64,000 nt of DNA from contig CP089276.1 of the NCBI GenBank assembly GCA_023920165.1, positions 1,240,001-1,304,000 on the forward strand, given 5' to 3'. Within the stretch, counting starts at the first letter, position 1; each line of letters opens with the position of its first letter. This DNA is from Curvularia clavata. Lineage: Eukaryota. Shown in pieces: positions 62,609-64,000 of this stretch. A model generated the notes under the pieces. It made no database searches. It was not told the DNA's origin and saw only the letters and a list, made by a program, of their open reading frames with translations. A program made the position numbers and the translations under genes.

Positions 62609-63127
62609 CGGTTTCGGTCCTCTTCCCAACAGTGTCTTTCAATTACTAGGTTGCAAGACTTGTGGGGGGAGAGGATCAAGACGAGGAGCGGTAACAGTGT
62701 CAACGCCGCAAGATAATATTTGCTGGGATTTTGGAGGACAAGGTCGGTTTTATTGACATGGGAAAGGAGGAAAGTTGATACCCAAAGCGTTATATGGCTG
62801 GGCAAAAGAGATTTAAGCGACTAGATAGAAGAAAGGTTAGGGACAACAAGTCTTCATCAAGGGAAGATGAACGAAACATCGGATTGGTGGGTTAGTTTGC
62901 CAGTGATATCCAAAAGACGATGGAAGATGAAAAGCTTGTTCTTACTCTACTAATACATACACTTTGTCCCACCCCCCTTTTCCTCCTTGAGCAAATTTTT
63001 GGATGAGTGAATGTGATACATTTCACCATCAATGCTGTGTACTCATGCCACGGTGTGTCGTCCTCATAATGAGTCATGGGGCAAACATCGGATCGGTGTG
63101 TCGCTTGTGTCTTCAATGGCAGGAAGA

Positions 63128-63997
63128 CTACGCATCTTCTACACTGAGTCCGGTCAGGCGCTCGACAATTGCATCGAATACGTTCATGCTGTATCTCGTG
63201 ATTGCTGCTACAGTGCACCAGAAGATGGTAGCGGGTAATGCCTCGATGACGTTGATGAAAGGTGGATGATTGGCGTGATAAATCACTCGGTGCTCGTCTG
63301 GAGCCTGCAGAGCTATATCTGAAATCTCGGGACCTGTGTTGTGCTTCTCGTCTTGTTCGGTGAGTGGCATGGAGCAGCGCTGTGGAGTTTGTAGTTGCAA
63401 CCGCGTACCCCGTTTCCGCTTTGGGCTTGGTGATGTCTGGGGAGGTTTGAACTCTGGCTTGCGATAGCTGCGTCCAAAGATTTTCGTGTCCTGGACCTTT
63501 ACTGGCGTACCATGCGTAATTGGATATTTCTTCCCAAAGATCTCCCTGTCTTGAACCTTCACCGGAGTGCCATGCACAAGCAGATCTCCCGCTGTCTTAC
63601 TCTCCATAATAGGTTCCAAAGGTGCGAGATCCACTTCTCTGTATTTCTCCAACTCCCTCAATGCTGCTTCTTCCTCAGCTTCAGCTTCCTCGATCGCAGC
63701 TACGCGGGCTAGCTCGGCAAGCTCGTCTGGTGACGAGGCTTTGCGACGACGCTTGAACGGAGAAGTTGCTTTGGATTGGCTTGATCTAGACGAGCGGGTT
63801 GCTTTCCTGGAAGGAGTCGTGCTGAAGGGCAGATCGTCGGGTGCTCGGAGTGTTGTAACGGGGTCAGAATTCAATTCGATCGAGGAAACACTTCTTGTCC
63901 GAAAGGATTCAGACATTATGTCTGACCCATAGAGATTACTCGGGAAATCAGTCCCATCGAAACTATATGCATCATCCCCGTCACTATCCTGAGTCAT
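63128..63997 (-). CDS. Hypothetical low-complexity protein (may extend beyond the window end)
   Basis: 289-aa ORF that is S/T/P/E-rich, with a basic KRRRK patch and an internal 20-aa duplication. Confidence 0.55.
   Translation of the reverse strand: MTQDSDGDDAYSFDGTDFPSNLYGSDIMSESFRTRSVSSIELNSDPVTTLRAPDDLPFSTTPSRKATRSSRSSQSKATSPFKRRRKASSPDELAELARVAAIEEAEAEEEAALRELEKYREVDLAPLEPIMESKTAGDLLVHGTPVKVQDREIFGKKYPITHGTPVKVQDTKIFGRSYRKPEFKPPQTSPSPKRKRGTRLQLQTPQRCSMPLTEQDEKHNTGPEISDIALQAPDEHRVIYHANHPPFINVIEALPATIFWCTVAAITRYSMNVFDAIVERLTGLSVEDA
63464..63574 (-). repeat. Two-copy 60-bp coding tandem repeat
   Basis: Encodes HGTPVKVQDREIFGKKY / HGTPVKVQDTKIFGRSY with a 20-aa period. Confidence 0.8.
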
Positions 63998-64000
63998 ATA

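Overview
Eukaryotic genomic DNA from a filamentous ascomycete. Evidence: short GT-AG introns with CTRAC branch points, a HET-domain gene, GH131 and a fungal C2H2/MHR regulator; Dothideomycete-like is a guess. About 31 protein-coding genes can be built by hand across introns. No rRNA, tRNA, CRISPR or intact transposon was recognised. The left 37 kb mixes housekeeping genes (complex I 17.8 kDa subunit, PI-PLC, Rsa1/NUFIP1, RPC25, DUS2) with accessory genes (GT34, HET, GH131, pirin, PAQR, ABM, GH3 beta-xylosidase), plus a 57-aa spliced zinc-ribbon microprotein that the ORF track misses. The main finding is a compact 12-gene cluster at about 38.0-62.6 kb. It contains a P450, an MBL-fold lactonase, a carboxylesterase, an NAD(P)H-binding reductase, a beta-hydroxyacid dehydrogenase, a 3-oxoacid CoA-transferase, a maleylacetate-reductase-like Fe-ADH, a thiolase, a PcaB/ASL-superfamily lyase, a divergent homogentisate-dioxygenase-like enzyme, a family III CoA-transferase and a C2H2 transcription factor. 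The cluster promoters are enriched for CCCCRC, which matches the site predicted from that regulator's zinc fingers. It looks like a self-regulated catabolic pathway for an unknown, probably aromatic or lactone, compound, and it matches neither the canonical tyrosine/homogentisate pathway nor the canonical fungal 3-oxoadipate gene set. All product calls come from motif recognition, not database searches.
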